From NCBI GenBank assembly GCA_964526975.1, contig CAZGMU010000006.1, positions 1,211 to 32,431 on the forward strand: a DNA stretch of 31,221 nt. The letters run 5' to 3'. The notes beneath the pieces were generated by a model. It ran no database searches. It saw nothing but the letters and a program-made list of their open reading frames with translations, and was not told the DNA's origin. The first letter of the stretch is position 1; every line of letters begins with the position of its first letter. A program made the position numbers and the translations under genes. The DNA comes from an uncultured Planctomycetaceae bacterium. GTDB lineage: Bacteria > Planctomycetota > Planctomycetia > Pirellulales > Lacipirellulaceae. Positions 8,548 through 19,669 of the stretch are shown piece after piece.

Positions 8548-11500
8548 TTACTTATTCAATACTTCGTCGAGGTTCATTAGCTCGTTGGCAACCATCGTCC
8601 AGGCGGCTAACTGCGACACGGGCAGCTTCGGCTCGGCCTTCGACTCGCCAACGGCAATGAGCTTCTGGGCTTCTTCGCCTTGTGCAGCATAATGCTTTTC
8701 GAACTTTTCGAGCGACCCCCGAACGATTGCCAACTCTTCCGGATGCAGCGGCCTCGCTAACAACCGTTCGGCCATGAAGTTCAATCGTTTGTCCTGATCA
8801 GCACTCGAATCGATGGCCCGTTGGGCCAGATTGCGAGCGGCCTCGATGAATTGCGGATCGTTGAGCGTCACGAGCGCCTGTAACGGTGTGTTCGTACGTT
8901 CGCGGATCACGACACACGCCTCGCGGGTCGGGGCGTTGAATATATCCATCGACGCCGGAGGCGCGGAACGCTTCCAAAACGTGTACATGCTGCGGCGGTA
9001 GAGCGATTCACCGGCGTCTTGCTTGTAATCGCGGGTATTGCTACCAATCATTGCGACAGCTTCCCATACACCTGCCGGCTGATAGGGCTTCACGCTCGGG
9101 CCGCCGATCTTCTCGGAGAGAAGGCCGCTGGCGGAGAGGGCGTAGTCGCGCACCATCTCGGCATCCATGCGAAACCGAGGGCCACGAGAGAGCAAGCGGT
9201 TTTCGGGGTCCTTTTCGAGCTTCTCCTTAGTCACAATCGCACTCTGGCGATACGTGGCCGACATGACCATCAGCTTGAACAGCTTCTTCACGTCCCAGCC
9301 TGACTCGCGGAACTCGACAGCGAGCCAATCGAGTAATTCGGGGTGCGAAGGCAACTCGCCGGAGACGCCAAAATCACCTGCCGAGCGGACTAGCCCCGTG
9401 CCAAACAGTTCGCTCCACAGGCGATTCACCGTGACACGAGCGGTCAGCGGATGCTCGGGACGGAGCAACCACTTGGCCAATCCCAAGCGATTGTGTGGCA
9501 AATCGGCGGGGAAGGGTGGCAGCATCGAGGGCGTGCCCGGCGAAACCTGATCCTTGCGCTGATCGTATTCCCCACGATTGAGAACGAAAGCGATCGGCGC
9601 TTCGGGCTTCTCTTGCATTACGTAACCGGTCGTGGAGCGGGCTTGAATATCAGCCTGCTCGCGGGTGAGATCGTCCCGATTTTTCGAGAGCTCCTGGTAC
9701 TGATCATCGCGGGTAGTAAGCCACCATTCATATAGACTGTCGACATCGGCGGGGCTGCGTTTCTCGGGCGGGGCCGCAACGACCGCCGCGAGCGCCGACC
9801 GGGCCAACGAGGCTACGTCCCCATCGGTCAAGCGGCGCGAGTAAACGCGGACATCTTGAATCGACGCCCCCGTGAGTGGTGATGTGTTGTCCCGCTGGCC
9901 AATTTTGAATGGCACGGTGGTGCGAATCGAATCGGTCAACGAGTCGGCCTGCACGTTCGTGGGCTGCGATTTGCCGTTTACATAGACGCGCACCCCGGCA
10001 GCCTTCTTCGTGCCATCGTACGTAATCGCGATGTGTGTCCACTGATCGGCGGGAAGCTGTTCCGCCGTCACCACCTTGAGCGCGTTGGCAGGCCATTGGC
10101 TGATGATGTGCGCCCCAACGCGGCGTCCCTCGACCCACAGGTCGTAGCCGCGGAAATTGTCGTTGTCGTTCATCCGGGCAAGGATCGCGCCGGAGCCGTC
10201 GTTCGCGGGAAGTTTTACCCACGCCGAATAGGAGAATTGCTGAGTCGAATCGAAATCTCCCGCTTCGGGCACAACCAGCACCGCGCCTTGATTCACGTAG
10301 GCAGCCTTCGCGTCAGTTCGGCCAGGACGCCATTCGACTGTAGAGGGCAGCGGTTTTTCGGCATGCTGGCCGCGCAGATCATAGCCAACCGCGGCGGCGC
10401 CATCATTGAGCGGAACGAGCAGTTCGAGTTCGGAAGTCGGCATTTCCCCGGCAATATCTTGCGGCTTCGCCTGAGCAAGCCAGGAATCGAACTCCTTGCG
10501 AGCATCTCGTCGCCGGTCGTCGACCAACTTCTTCGACTCCGGCAGGAGCTTGCTCAACTGCTCGAGCCGGGACGCATCGTCTTTTTGCGGGACCATCACG
10601 ATCGGCGGCGTGTCCTTGATGTTGCCGTCCATCGGTTTCTGCGTGGTATTGTTGAAAAACGCGGCGAGCTCGTAGAACTCCTTCTGCGTCATCGGATCGA
10701 ACTTGTGGTCATGGCACACGGCGCAACCCGTCGTAAGGCCCAGCCACACCTTCGATGTCGTTTCGACACGATCGCGCGTGTAAAGAACCTGGTACTCTTC
10801 GTCGATCGCGCCACCTTCGCTCGTCGTGATATTGCAGCGATTGAAGCCGGAGCCGAGCTTTTGTTCGAGCGTGGCATTCGGCAACAGGTCGCCGGCCAGG
10901 TTCTCGATCGTGAACTCGTCGAACGGCATGTTCTTATTCAGCGCATCGATGACCCAATCGCGATACGACCACATCTCACGATAGTTGTCGATGTGGATAC
11001 CGTGGGTATCGCCATAGCGAGCCGCGTCGAGCCAGTACCGGCCACGGTGCTCGCCCCACTTGGGCGATGCCATTAGCTTGTCGATCAGGCGCTCGTAGGC
11101 GTCTGGCTTGTCGTCTTTGACAAACTCCTCAACAGCATCGGGCGCCGGCGGCAGCCCGATCAGATCAAGGCTCACGCGGCGAGCCAGCGTCCGGCGATCG
11201 GCTTCGGGAGCAGGGGTGAGACCGGCTGACTGGAGCTTTTCCGCAACGAAGTTGTCGACTGGATTGTGAGCCCAGCCATTTCCCGCGGCGCTTGGCACAG
11301 GCGGCCTGACCGGCGCGATCAACGACCAATGCGGCTGATACTTGGCTCCGCTCTTGATCCAATCCGCCAGGAGTTTCTTTTGAGAATCGGTAAGCTGCTT
11401 CTTCGTTTCGGGCGGCGGCATTTGCTCCGACTCATCGTCCGATAAAATACGCCGCACCATTTCGCTGGCATCGGCGTCCCCCGGGACAATGGCCGCCATA

Positions 11501-11715
11501 TCAACGGCCACATCACGCTTGTCGAGTCGAAGGTCCGCCTTACGCGAAGCACTATCCGGACCATGACAAGCAAAGCAATTCTCCAAGAGAATCGGTCGGA
11601 TATCTCGATTATATTGGATCGCCGAATCGGCGGCCCTCACAACTCCAGCGCCAAAGCAAGCGCACAAAGCAAGCGTGAAACAGGTAAGGGTTCGTCGCGT
11701 GGAAGGCGAGTTCAT
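8548..11715 (-). CDS. DUF1549/DUF1553 planctomycete cytochrome c protein with an inserted LamG-like (concanavalin A) domain
   Basis: [20 protein letters not shown] and [11 protein letters not shown] heme motifs; [17 protein letters not shown]; LamG-like [21 protein letters not shown]; [11 protein letters not shown] and [11 protein letters not shown]. Confidence 0.93.
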   Translation of the reverse strand: MNSPSTRRTLTCFTLALCACFGAGVVRAADSAIQYNRDIRPILLENCFACHGPDSASRKADLRLDKRDVAVDMAAIVPGDADASEMVRRILSDDESEQMPPPETKKQLTDSQKKLLADWIKSGAKYQPHWSLIAPVRPPVPSAAGNGWAHNPVDNFVAEKLQSAGLTPAPEADRRTLARRVSLDLIGLPPAPDAVEEFVKDDKPDAYERLIDKLMASPKWGEHRGRYWLDAARYGDTHGIHIDNYREMWSYRDWVIDALNKNMPFDEFTIENLAGDLLPNATLEQKLGSGFNRCNITTSEGGAIDEEYQVLYTRDRVETTSKVWLGLTTGCAVCHDHKFDPMTQKEFYELAAFFNNTTQKPMDGNIKDTPPIVMVPQKDDASRLEQLSKLLPESKKLVDDRRRDARKEFDSWLAQAKPQDIAGEMPTSELELLVPLNDGAAAVGYDLRGQHAEKPLPSTVEWRPGRTDAKAAYVNQGAVLVVPEAGDFDSTQQFSYSAWVKLPANDGSGAILARMNDNDNFRGYDLWVEGRRVGAHIISQWPANALKVVTAEQLPADQWTHIAITYDGTKKAAGVRVYVNGKSQPTNVQADSLTDSIRTTVPFKIGQRDNTSPLTGASIQDVRVYSRRLTDGDVASLARSALAAVVAAPPEKRSPADVDSLYEWWLTTRDDQYQELSKNRDDLTREQADIQARSTTGYVMQEKPEAPIAFVLNRGEYDQRKDQVSPGTPSMLPPFPADLPHNRLGLAKWLLRPEHPLTARVTVNRLWSELFGTGLVRSAGDFGVSGELPSHPELLDWLAVEFRESGWDVKKLFKLMVMSATYRQSAIVTKEKLEKDPENRLLSRGPRFRMDAEMVRDYALSASGLLSEKIGGPSVKPYQPAGVWEAVAMIGSNTRDYKQDAGESLYRRSMYTFWKRSAPPASMDIFNAPTREACVVIRERTNTPLQALVTLNDPQFIEAARNLAQRAIDSSADQDKRLNFMAERLLARPLHPEELAIVRGSLEKFEKHYAAQGEEAQKLIAVGESKAEPKLPVSQLAAWTMVANELMNLDEVLNK

Positions 11716-11990
11716 GCCGTGTGGTTGCCGCATAGGTGGGGTGGGGATTAGCAGAACGGCCGCTCAGCGGAGAGCGCTCGCGGATCGTTCAACTGGCAAA
11801 CCATCGCTATCGGATATAATAGCCGATTCGAGGCAAAAAGCCAAGCGTTTATGCTGCTTAATACTTCTTCGTGGGATACACTAGGCACAGATTTCGACCA
11901 CGTCTTGCGCGGATTTCAGCGAATTCTTCGCCGAGCCCCCAAACAGGGCCGACCTTCCTTCGAAATAGCCTCCCTATAAAGGATACGTCC

Positions 11991-13790
11991 TTGCATCGAC
12001 TTTTTTTAGCCCTGATTTGCCTACTGTTTTCTCAAACCAAGCTGACGGCCGAGACGCCACAAGAATTGCGGGTTGGGCGAGCTGGGCATGCGTTTGACCA
12101 TCTGGGCAGCATCGGCTTGCAAGCCGAGACGGCTGCGGCGAGCGGGTCGACCATTATCTACGCCAGCGGTATCGGCGATGCAGGTTATCAAGGTTTGCCC
12201 GCCGCTGCCGATTTCGACCAGCTCCGAAAAAATGTCGGCGAATACAGTCGCCGGGCAAAGGAATTGGGAATCGAACTGAACATTGGATACGTTTGCGCGA
12301 CTTCGATAGTGAACATCGATCAGTTCGACAAGAACTGGAGCGATGAGTTTCGCGCACAATTCAAAACACAACCGCACGAATGGCTGCAGGTCGACCGCGC
12401 TGGCAAGCCTCTCGCGTCGTGGTACGGCGGCAGCTACAGCCCAGCCTGCATGAACAACCCGGACTGGCGCGCCTACGAGCGTGCAATCGTTCGATACCAA
12501 ATCGAGACGGGTCACGACGGCATCTTTTTTGACAATCCCACCGTCCATCCACAAGGCTGCTACTGCACACACTGCATGCAACGCTTTGCCAGGTATCTGG
12601 AAAACGAAGCAGAGCCAGACAAGTTGCAACTTCCTGATGGCGTGGAAGCTGTCCGCAAACTTGCGGATTCGCGCTCCGAAGATTTCCTGCGATTCCGTGG
12701 CACGATTGCTCGCGATTTTATGAAAGAAATGCGCGCTTTCGCGCGAAACATTCATCCACGAGCGGTGATTACCTGCAACAACAGCCTTAACTCGCCGGAC
12801 GTTTTTTATTCACAATGCCGAATGTATGGCTACAACATCGACGAGATGAGCAAGACGGAAGACCTCGTCGTGGTGGAAGACATGAATTCGCAACCGCGCA
12901 TGGAAGCCAACGGGCAAACGATTGAGTATGGTTCGACCTACAAGCTCCTGCACAGCATTAATCACGGGAAGCCGATCGTGGCAGTCACCATCGCTGGCGG
13001 AGACTACCATACACCTCCCAATCTCATGCGACTCGCAATGGCCGAGGCAGCGGCACATGGCATCTCTTATTTGGCGTGGCCGACGTGGCCCGAAGAGCAG
13101 CGGCAGCGAATGATCGCCGCGATTCGACCCCAGGCAGACCTCTTGCGTCAGAATGAAGAGATATTGAACGAAGCGCCCTTTCGGGTGGATGCCGCATTGC
13201 ACTCGCCCTTTCATCGATGGACAAAAACGGAGCAATGTGGAACGAGCGCAATAGCAGCGGCGCTGACGAAAGAAAACATCCAATATCGAGTGGTTGCCGA
13301 ATCCGAATTGGCCGATTTTGCGAAACTTAAGAAACGGCCCCCGCTGATCGTGGAATCACGGTCCATGCTCTCGGCCAGCGAGGAGACGACTATTGCCGCA
13401 ATTGAGAAGAGCTCCGGAGTCATTGCGGCGGATCGGGCAGACTGGATACAGCTTCTGAAGGATAGAATCACGAAGCCGTCTATTACCATCGGAGGTGCGC
13501 CAAATGTTCGCGCGGTCGTCCACGATCAGCGTGATCGAACGATCGTCCATCTCTATAACTTAGGGATTCAGCGGTTATCTTCATTCGAAGAAAAGATAAC
13601 CCCGGCCACGGACATTGCAATCCTGGTTCGAGCGGAGAGCCCTATTCGACATGTTCGGCTGCTCACGGCCGACAAGCAGGGAACAGCAGGTGAACTCCGA
13701 TTTCGAACGACGGCAGAAGGTGAGAAAACCGCAGTTTCCGTAACGATTCCCCGATTGGACGTCAGCGCGCTCATGCTTATCGAACCCTGA
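11991..13790 (+). CDS. Putative secreted glycoside hydrolase-like protein (TIM barrel plus beta-galactosidase-trimerisation-like domain)
   Basis: TTG start after an AAGGA RBS gives a signal peptide (LHRLFLALICLLFSQTKLTA). CMNNPDWRAY, DGIFFDNP and CYCTHC..F resemble GH42/GHL-type proteins. The family cannot be assigned by eye. Confidence 0.6.
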   Translation: MHRLFLALICLLFSQTKLTAETPQELRVGRAGHAFDHLGSIGLQAETAAASGSTIIYASGIGDAGYQGLPAAADFDQLRKNVGEYSRRAKELGIELNIGYVCATSIVNIDQFDKNWSDEFRAQFKTQPHEWLQVDRAGKPLASWYGGSYSPACMNNPDWRAYERAIVRYQIETGHDGIFFDNPTVHPQGCYCTHCMQRFARYLENEAEPDKLQLPDGVEAVRKLADSRSEDFLRFRGTIARDFMKEMRAFARNIHPRAVITCNNSLNSPDVFYSQCRMYGYNIDEMSKTEDLVVVEDMNSQPRMEANGQTIEYGSTYKLLHSINHGKPIVAVTIAGGDYHTPPNLMRLAMAEAAAHGISYLAWPTWPEEQRQRMIAAIRPQADLLRQNEEILNEAPFRVDAALHSPFHRWTKTEQCGTSAIAAALTKENIQYRVVAESELADFAKLKKRPPLIVESRSMLSASEETTIAAIEKSSGVIAADRADWIQLLKDRITKPSITIGGAPNVRAVVHDQRDRTIVHLYNLGIQRLSSFEEKITPATDIAILVRAESPIRHVRLLTADKQGTAGELRFRTTAEGEKTAVSVTIPRLDVSALMLIEP

Positions 13791-13935
13791 TATATATGAA
13801 TGGCTGAGGTAGCTCTGTTTATTGTTTGCTGGCGAATCGTGTGTTAATGTCATCATATATGTGGTAGGAAAACTCCACGGTTTCCCCTGCTATCGCACAA
13901 GCGTCCTCTGTATCACATCTTAGGATTCGCACCTC

Positions 13936-15612
13936 ATGCGCTTCACACCCATTGCCTTGCTATCTTTTATGCTACTGACACCATTTTCTGTCGGCCGTGC
14001 GGCCGAGCCGCCAGCCACCTTGTTAGTGGTCGGGCGGATCTGGACGGCCGACGCCAAACAGCCCTACGCCGAAGCGGTTGCCATTAATGCCGAGACGATC
14101 ATGGCGGTGGGAACGCGCGCGGAAATGGAGACATTTCGTAGTGCAGAAACCCAGGTTATCGACGCGGGCGACGGACTGGTCGTGCCTGGTATGTTCGATT
14201 CGCATATCCACATGATCGATGGTGGGGAGCGACTCGCCTCGGTACAACTTCGCGATGCCAAAACGAAAGAAGAATTCGTCCGCCGGATCGGCGAGTTCGC
14301 CAAGACAAAAGCCAAAGGAGAATGGATCACCGGCGGCGATTGGGACCATACGCAATGGGGCGGCGAGTTGCCTTCCCGCGACTGGATCGATGCCGTAACG
14401 CCCGACAACCCGGTCTGGGTGACACGAACCGACGGGCATATGTCGCTGGCCAACACCGCGGCCATGAGGATCGCGAAAGTCCCCGACGACGTGAAGGACA
14501 TCGCCGGCGGTGAAATCGTCCGCGATAAAGACGGGCGGCCAACCGGCATGTTCAAAGATCGGGCAACGACGCTCATCACTCGATCGATTTCCGGCTTCTC
14601 GATGCAGAAGGAATTGGATGCCACCGCGGCGGCGTCAAACTACCTCGCCGCGCGAGGCATCACGTCGGTATGCAACATGGGAACCTTGGGGCAACTCGAA
14701 ATCTTTCGTGTCGCGCAGCGTAAAGGACTGCTGAAAACTCGCATTTCCGCTTACACGGCGCTCAGCGCATGGGAGCGACTCGATCAAGAAGTGAAAGAGC
14801 GCGGCACCGGCGACAACTTGCTTCGCATCGGCGGAATAAAAGGTTTCGTCGATGGGTCATTAGGATCGCACACGGCCGCTTTCTTCGAGCCATTCGACGA
14901 CAAACCGGGCGACCGCGGCCTACTCGTCACTCCTGAAGAAAATCTCGAAAAATGGATCACGGGCGCCGACAAGGCCGGCCTGCAGCTTGCCGTGCATGCC
15001 ATTGGTGACCGCGCAATCCATCTTTTGCTGGATATTTACGAGCGAACGGTGAAGGCAAACGGGCCGCGCGAGCGCCGGCTTCGCATCGAACACGCGCAGC
15101 ATATCTTGCCTGCAGATTTCGCGCGGTTCAAGCAGCTCAACATCATCGCGAGCGTCCAGCCATATCATGCGATCGACGATGGGCGATGGTTCGAGAGAGC
15201 GATTGGGAAAAAACGATGCGAGACAACCTACGCGTTTCGCACACTGCTCGATAACGGCATCCCCTTGGCGTTCGGAAGCGACTGGTTCGTAGCGCCACCA
15301 TCGCCGATCGAAGGAATCTATGCCGCCGTTACTCGACGAACCATCGACGGAAAAAATCCCAATGGCTGGTATCCGGAGCAAAAAGTCACGCTCACCGAGG
15401 CCCTCAAGGCCTACACCATCGACGCCGCTTACGCGACCTTCCTCGAGCAAAAACTCGGCTCGATCGAACCAGGCAAGCTCGCCGACATCGTCGTCCTTGG
15501 TCGCGATCCATTCGATACGCCGCCGAGCGAATTGAACACCATCCCAGTTCGCAAAACCATCTTAGGCGGCAAGGTCGTTTTCGATGGCGATGCGAAGCAA
15601 TCCTCCAACTGA
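13936..15612 (+). CDS. Secreted amidohydrolase (YtcJ-like, amidohydrolase 3 family)
   Basis: Signal peptide; DSHIH, HAIGD, EHAQ, FGSDW and GSIEPGKLADIVVL motifs. Confidence 0.92.
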   Translation: MRFTPIALLSFMLLTPFSVGRAAEPPATLLVVGRIWTADAKQPYAEAVAINAETIMAVGTRAEMETFRSAETQVIDAGDGLVVPGMFDSHIHMIDGGERLASVQLRDAKTKEEFVRRIGEFAKTKAKGEWITGGDWDHTQWGGELPSRDWIDAVTPDNPVWVTRTDGHMSLANTAAMRIAKVPDDVKDIAGGEIVRDKDGRPTGMFKDRATTLITRSISGFSMQKELDATAAASNYLAARGITSVCNMGTLGQLEIFRVAQRKGLLKTRISAYTALSAWERLDQEVKERGTGDNLLRIGGIKGFVDGSLGSHTAAFFEPFDDKPGDRGLLVTPEENLEKWITGADKAGLQLAVHAIGDRAIHLLLDIYERTVKANGPRERRLRIEHAQHILPADFARFKQLNIIASVQPYHAIDDGRWFERAIGKKRCETTYAFRTLLDNGIPLAFGSDWFVAPPSPIEGIYAAVTRRTIDGKNPNGWYPEQKVTLTEALKAYTIDAAYATFLEQKLGSIEPGKLADIVVLGRDPFDTPPSELNTIPVRKTILGGKVVFDGDAKQSSN

Positions 15613-15807
15613 GCCTCCATCAAGCAGTCTTGAACTCGAATTTCCGATGCAGCCGAATTACATGCCCCAGGGTTAGACGTCCAAAAACACAAAAGACTTA
15701 GCGTCGGCCGCCAGGCCGAATCCCCCACCAACTCGGCTCCCACGAGCCAAAAAACGAATCCCTCCTAATAAAACCTTCCCGCGCTCAACAAGAGAAAGCA
15801 ACCACAG

Positions 15808-17196
15808 ATGAAATTTCGCCACTATTTCCTCGCATTCTTCATGTTCGTGCTCGCATTCAGCCTCCAAGCACATGCCTCTGCTGCAGAAAAACAATGGAAA
15901 GCAGGCGTTGCCAAAATGAATATCTCGCCCGAGCTTCCCATCTGGCTCGGCGGCTACGCCGCGCGAACGAAGCCCGCAGATAGCAAACATGACGACTTGT
16001 GGGCAAAGGCTTTGGTTCTCGAAGACGCCGAGGGCCATCGGGCTGTCTTGCTCACGATGGACCTCGTTGGCATACCACGAGATTTCTCGCTCAGCGTCCG
16101 CGAGCCGATTGAAAAAAAATACAATCTGCCACGAGCAGCCATCGCGCTGAATACCTCGCATACGCACAGCGGCCCGGTCATACGGGGCAACCTTATGGCC
16201 ATGTATGCGCTCGACGAAGAACAGTCACGGCGAATGAACGAATATAAAACCGCCGTGGTGCCCAAACTGATAGCGGTTGTCGAGGAAGCCTTCAAAACCA
16301 TGCAGCCGGCCAAGCTCGCCTGGGGCATCGGCAAAGCAGGTTTTGCCGTCAATCGGCGAAATAATAAACCGGAAGGGCAAATCAATGAAAGGATCAAAAA
16401 TGGCACGGTCGCGGGTCCATCGGACCACGAATTGCCCGTGCTGGCTGTTTACGGCGAAAACGACGAGCTACGCGCGCTTGTCGGCGGCTATGCTTGTCAT
16501 GGGACCGTGCTCAGCGACTATTTCCTGTCTGCCGATTGGCCCGGCGCCGGCCAAAACGAGTTGGAACGTCGCCATCCCGGCGCGATTGCCATGTTCGTCG
16601 CCGGTTGTGGTGGAGACCAGAACCCGCTGCCGCGCCGCTCGGTCGCGTTGATGGAAAAGTACGGCCATGAGTTTGCCGACGGCGTCGACGCCGCGCTCAA
16701 AACATCGATGCAACCCGTGGCACCAACTCTAAAAGTGGCGTACGAAGAAATCGACCTGCCGTTCGCCAAGCTGCCCACACGGGCCGACCTTGTGGCACAA
16801 ACACAGGTGCCACAAACAAAGGAAACATTTCTCGTCGCCCGCTGGGCAAAGTACATGCTCAAAGAACTGGATCGCGATGGCAGCTTTTCGCAAACCTATC
16901 CCTATCCCGTACAAGCCTGGAAACTCGGCGACAACCTGACCTGGGTGCTGCTAGGGGGCGAAGTGGTGGTCGACTACTCCTTGCGCTTGAAAGCCGAGCT
17001 TGGCCCACAGGTCTGGGTCTCCTCCTATTCCAACGACGTCATGACTTATATTCCTTCCCGACGAGTCCTCGGAGAAGGTGGCTACGAAGGCGCGGATGCC
17101 CGCTACCCGTATGGCCTACCCGCCCCCTGGGACCCAAGCGTCGAACAAAAAATCGTGGACGAAGCGCACCGACTGGTCGAACAACTCACGAAATAA
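15808..17196 (+). CDS. Neutral/alkaline ceramidase N-terminal domain-containing hydrolase
   Basis: Signal peptide; WKAGVAK..ISP, HDDLWAKALVLED, SHTHSGP, NRR, YACH, GCGGDQNP, YIPS....EGGYE. Confidence 0.85.
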   Translation: MKFRHYFLAFFMFVLAFSLQAHASAAEKQWKAGVAKMNISPELPIWLGGYAARTKPADSKHDDLWAKALVLEDAEGHRAVLLTMDLVGIPRDFSLSVREPIEKKYNLPRAAIALNTSHTHSGPVIRGNLMAMYALDEEQSRRMNEYKTAVVPKLIAVVEEAFKTMQPAKLAWGIGKAGFAVNRRNNKPEGQINERIKNGTVAGPSDHELPVLAVYGENDELRALVGGYACHGTVLSDYFLSADWPGAGQNELERRHPGAIAMFVAGCGGDQNPLPRRSVALMEKYGHEFADGVDAALKTSMQPVAPTLKVAYEEIDLPFAKLPTRADLVAQTQVPQTKETFLVARWAKYMLKELDRDGSFSQTYPYPVQAWKLGDNLTWVLLGGEVVVDYSLRLKAELGPQVWVSSYSNDVMTYIPSRRVLGEGGYEGADARYPYGLPAPWDPSVEQKIVDEAHRLVEQLTK

Positions 17197-17344
17197 CCGC
17201 CCCACCTTCGTAGCACCCGACGCCGCCAACCCTTTCCCAATACTGCGCCTGCATTGGCATTAAACAACGACGCGAGCCCACGCGAGCCGGGGCGTCCTCG
17301 CCCCCGCCCAATCGTGCTCATTACCAATGAAAGCCTCAACAATA

Positions 17345-17457
17345 AGCAATCGCGGATAAACGCAGATGGACGCAGATAGAAGACAAATGAAGACCATCCG
17401 CCACTACATCATCGATTGGAAACAATCTGCGTTTATCCGCGTTTATCCGCGGTTGCT
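17345..17457. repeat. Palindromic element, CGCGGATAAACGCAGAT family
   Basis: Arm 17345-17377 is the near-perfect inverse of arm 17425-17457. Confidence 0.85.
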
Positions 17458-17551
17458 TTGCAAAAAAGGTTAACGGCGTAGGGTGCAACTAATTTCCGGA
17501 AGAACCAATTTTGAAAGTGGCTGCCAAAAGACCTGCTCATTCCTCCTTTTC

Positions 17552-17624
17552 TTCTTTGTGATCTTCGTGCCTTGGTGGTAAAAAAATCCCTCTCCTCCGC
17601 GCCTCTGCGCCTCTGCGTGAGATC
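17552..17624. repeat. Right half of the composite CACGAAG/CTCACGCAGAG element
   Basis: ctttgtgatcttcgtgccttggtggt followed by ctccgcgcctctgcgcctctgcgtgagatc, in the same order as 1621-1690. No left arms were seen. Confidence 0.65.
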
Positions 17625-17770
17625 TTTTTCAGGTTTTTACCGCAGGAACCGAGGGCTAGCGCCCTGCGGCTAATTTCTTGAATTCGTCGGCGGCTGCGTC
17701 TGTCGGCAAAAGTGCTGACTTTACCTTCCCCACGATCGGGCTATATTAAAGCAATTCACCTTGATAAATA

Positions 17771-17858
17771 GCCACAGAGGACACCGAGTTCACAGAGAGT
17801 TAATCAAGGAGAGCCTGTTCTCTAGAGGCTCTCCGTGAACTCGGTGTCCTCTGTGGTT
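17771..17858. repeat. Palindromic element, CCACAGAGGACAC family
   Basis: A 28-bp inverted repeat with one mismatch (ccacagaggacaccgagttcacagagag / ctctccgtgaactcggtgtcctctgtgg). The same arm type occurs at 1356, 28586 and 30944. Confidence 0.9.
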
Positions 17859-17909
17859 CCATGAATTCGAAAATGGCTCGGACATGACGCGGATCGGGGG
17901 AGCAGACTC

Positions 17910-18890
17910 ATGAAGAACAACACAAGAACCGCGCGTCCGCGGTTTCCTGCATTCGCTCGCGACAATCGGAGGGCGGCGGGGAAGGAACGGTTCGTGCGCC
18001 GAGCGATTCGCAATTGGTGGATCATGGCGGCACTGGCTGTGGCAGCGCTAGCGCCTGCTAGTGCGAAGGCCGGGATCATTGTGGCTGGGACCGAACAGGC
18101 TCATTATGACTTCGCTGCCGATCCGATGTTTCAGAGCGTTGGAGCGTTTCGCGGGGTCGATGCCTCCGGTGCATATATTGCTGGCTCCGGCGTTCTGATT
18201 TCGCCGGAATGGGTTCTGACTGCAGGCCATGTCCTTGATAACGGTTGGACTAGTGTTCAGTTCCTACTCGACCAGGATTTTCGCGATCCGAATCGAACGC
18301 TTTACTCTGCTGATGCCTGGTACATGTATCCTGGTTTCGTTTCCGACGGCGGAGCCGGAACTAATAACGACATCGCTCTGGTTCACCTGAGTACGCCGAT
18401 TTTAGGAGTGACTCCTGCTGATATTTACTGGGGCGAAGTTACTCCCGGAACGCACGCGTACTGGGCTGGTTACGGTAGGCTCGGTTACTATCCATCGGGA
18501 GAAACCACGACTTCGGGACTCAAGATGGGCGGGGAGAACGTTGTCGATATGGTGGGCGATCCGTCTGCTGGAATACGAACCCAATTTTTTATTTCCGATT
18601 TTGGACCAGTCTGGACTACACCTACCCTCGCCCTTGAGATGGGGATAACAAACGGTGATAGCGGCTCTGGCTGGTTTGCCGACTATGACGGTCAAATGCA
18701 GCTGATCGGTATCGGCACGTTTATTCGTGGAAATTACTATAATTCGGGTTCAATAAGACCCGCGGTATACCGCGACTGGATCGAATCGTATGTTCCGTTA
18801 AGCAATGTGCCGGAGCCGACAAGCGCGTTGTTGCTTCTGACTACGATGCCGTTCGTGCTGCACCGCCGGAGAGCGAAACGCTGTTCGTGA
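17910..18890 (+). CDS. Trypsin-like (S1) serine protease with PEP-CTERM anchor
   Basis: Catalytic triad motifs WVLTAGHV, NDIALVHL and GDSGSG; C-terminal VPEPTSALLLLTTMPFVLHRRRAKR. An alternative GTG start lies at 17994 after AAGGA. Confidence 0.9.
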   Translation: MKNNTRTARPRFPAFARDNRRAAGKERFVRRAIRNWWIMAALAVAALAPASAKAGIIVAGTEQAHYDFAADPMFQSVGAFRGVDASGAYIAGSGVLISPEWVLTAGHVLDNGWTSVQFLLDQDFRDPNRTLYSADAWYMYPGFVSDGGAGTNNDIALVHLSTPILGVTPADIYWGEVTPGTHAYWAGYGRLGYYPSGETTTSGLKMGGENVVDMVGDPSAGIRTQFFISDFGPVWTTPTLALEMGITNGDSGSGWFADYDGQMQLIGIGTFIRGNYYNSGSIRPAVYRDWIESYVPLSNVPEPTSALLLLTTMPFVLHRRRAKRCS

Positions 18891-19085
18891 TCAACGGGTA
18901 GCAGCGATTTTCGGCCGCATCAACGTTTCCATCCGCGTTCGGCATCCACGGCCGAATGTCGGTGCGGCACCAGCCGTAGGAGGCAATTCGCATTGCCTCG
19001 AGCGCCTGCGGCGCATCGACAATCGGCCGGGCAGCACTCGCAAAATCGCAACGCTCAACCGGCCGACAGTCGATGTTACCCAGCT

Positions 19086-19170
19086 AACAAATGGAACCGC
19101 CAAGTCGCCAAGGAAGACAGAAATCAGCAGTGAATTGCTTGGCGTGCTTGGCGGTTCCATTCATTTTGTT
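19086..19170. repeat. Palindromic element, AACCGCCAAG family
   Basis: Its reverse complement matches 30990-31080, including the loop (caattcac.gctgatttctgtc). A half copy lies at about 20055-20083. Confidence 0.85.
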
Positions 19171-19177
19171 CGATGCT

Positions 19178-19669
19178 CTAAATCACCACCGGTTTTCCCA
19201 GGCTTCTCCGCACCGGCACAAACTGCCCTGCGTGCATGAGCCCGTGCGTGGCGATCAAGATGACCACATGCCCCGCCGTAGGGAACATCTTCTGAAAATG
19301 CTCCGGCGCCGGCTTGTCTAAATCCGCATCGCTCATCTTCGCGATCGCCGCCAGCGTCGCCGCATGCATCTTCTCGAACAGGTCCAGATACTCCTGCTTC
19401 GTGCAAAAGTGCGCGGGGTCATCATCGTCCTTCCGCTCCTTGCCATGCTTCTCCGCGAACCCGGCAGGCAACTCGATCCCCGCGCCCGGCGCTACCGCTT
19501 CCAAGAGCTGATTCTCCGAGGCGATGAGGTGCCCCAACTGCCAGGCGATATGATTGCACCCCACACCCGGCCGCAGCATCAAATCCGCATCGCTCAAATC
19601 ATCCAAGTACTTCGTCAGCACCACCGACGAAGTCTTCAAAGTCGCCCGAATCGCATCCTGAGTATTCAT
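19178..19669 (-). CDS. DinB family protein
   Basis: LSDADLMLRPGVGCNHIAWQLGHL and H..MHAGQ....R..LG metal-binding histidine pattern. Confidence 0.9.
   Translation of the reverse strand: MNTQDAIRATLKTSSVVLTKYLDDLSDADLMLRPGVGCNHIAWQLGHLIASENQLLEAVAPGAGIELPAGFAEKHGKERKDDDDPAHFCTKQEYLDLFEKMHAATLAAIAKMSDADLDKPAPEHFQKMFPTAGHVVILIATHGLMHAGQFVPVRRSLGKPVVI

Noticed and set aside
10033-11076. 347-aa plus-strand ORF
   Set aside because: Antisense shadow of the DUF1553 gene.
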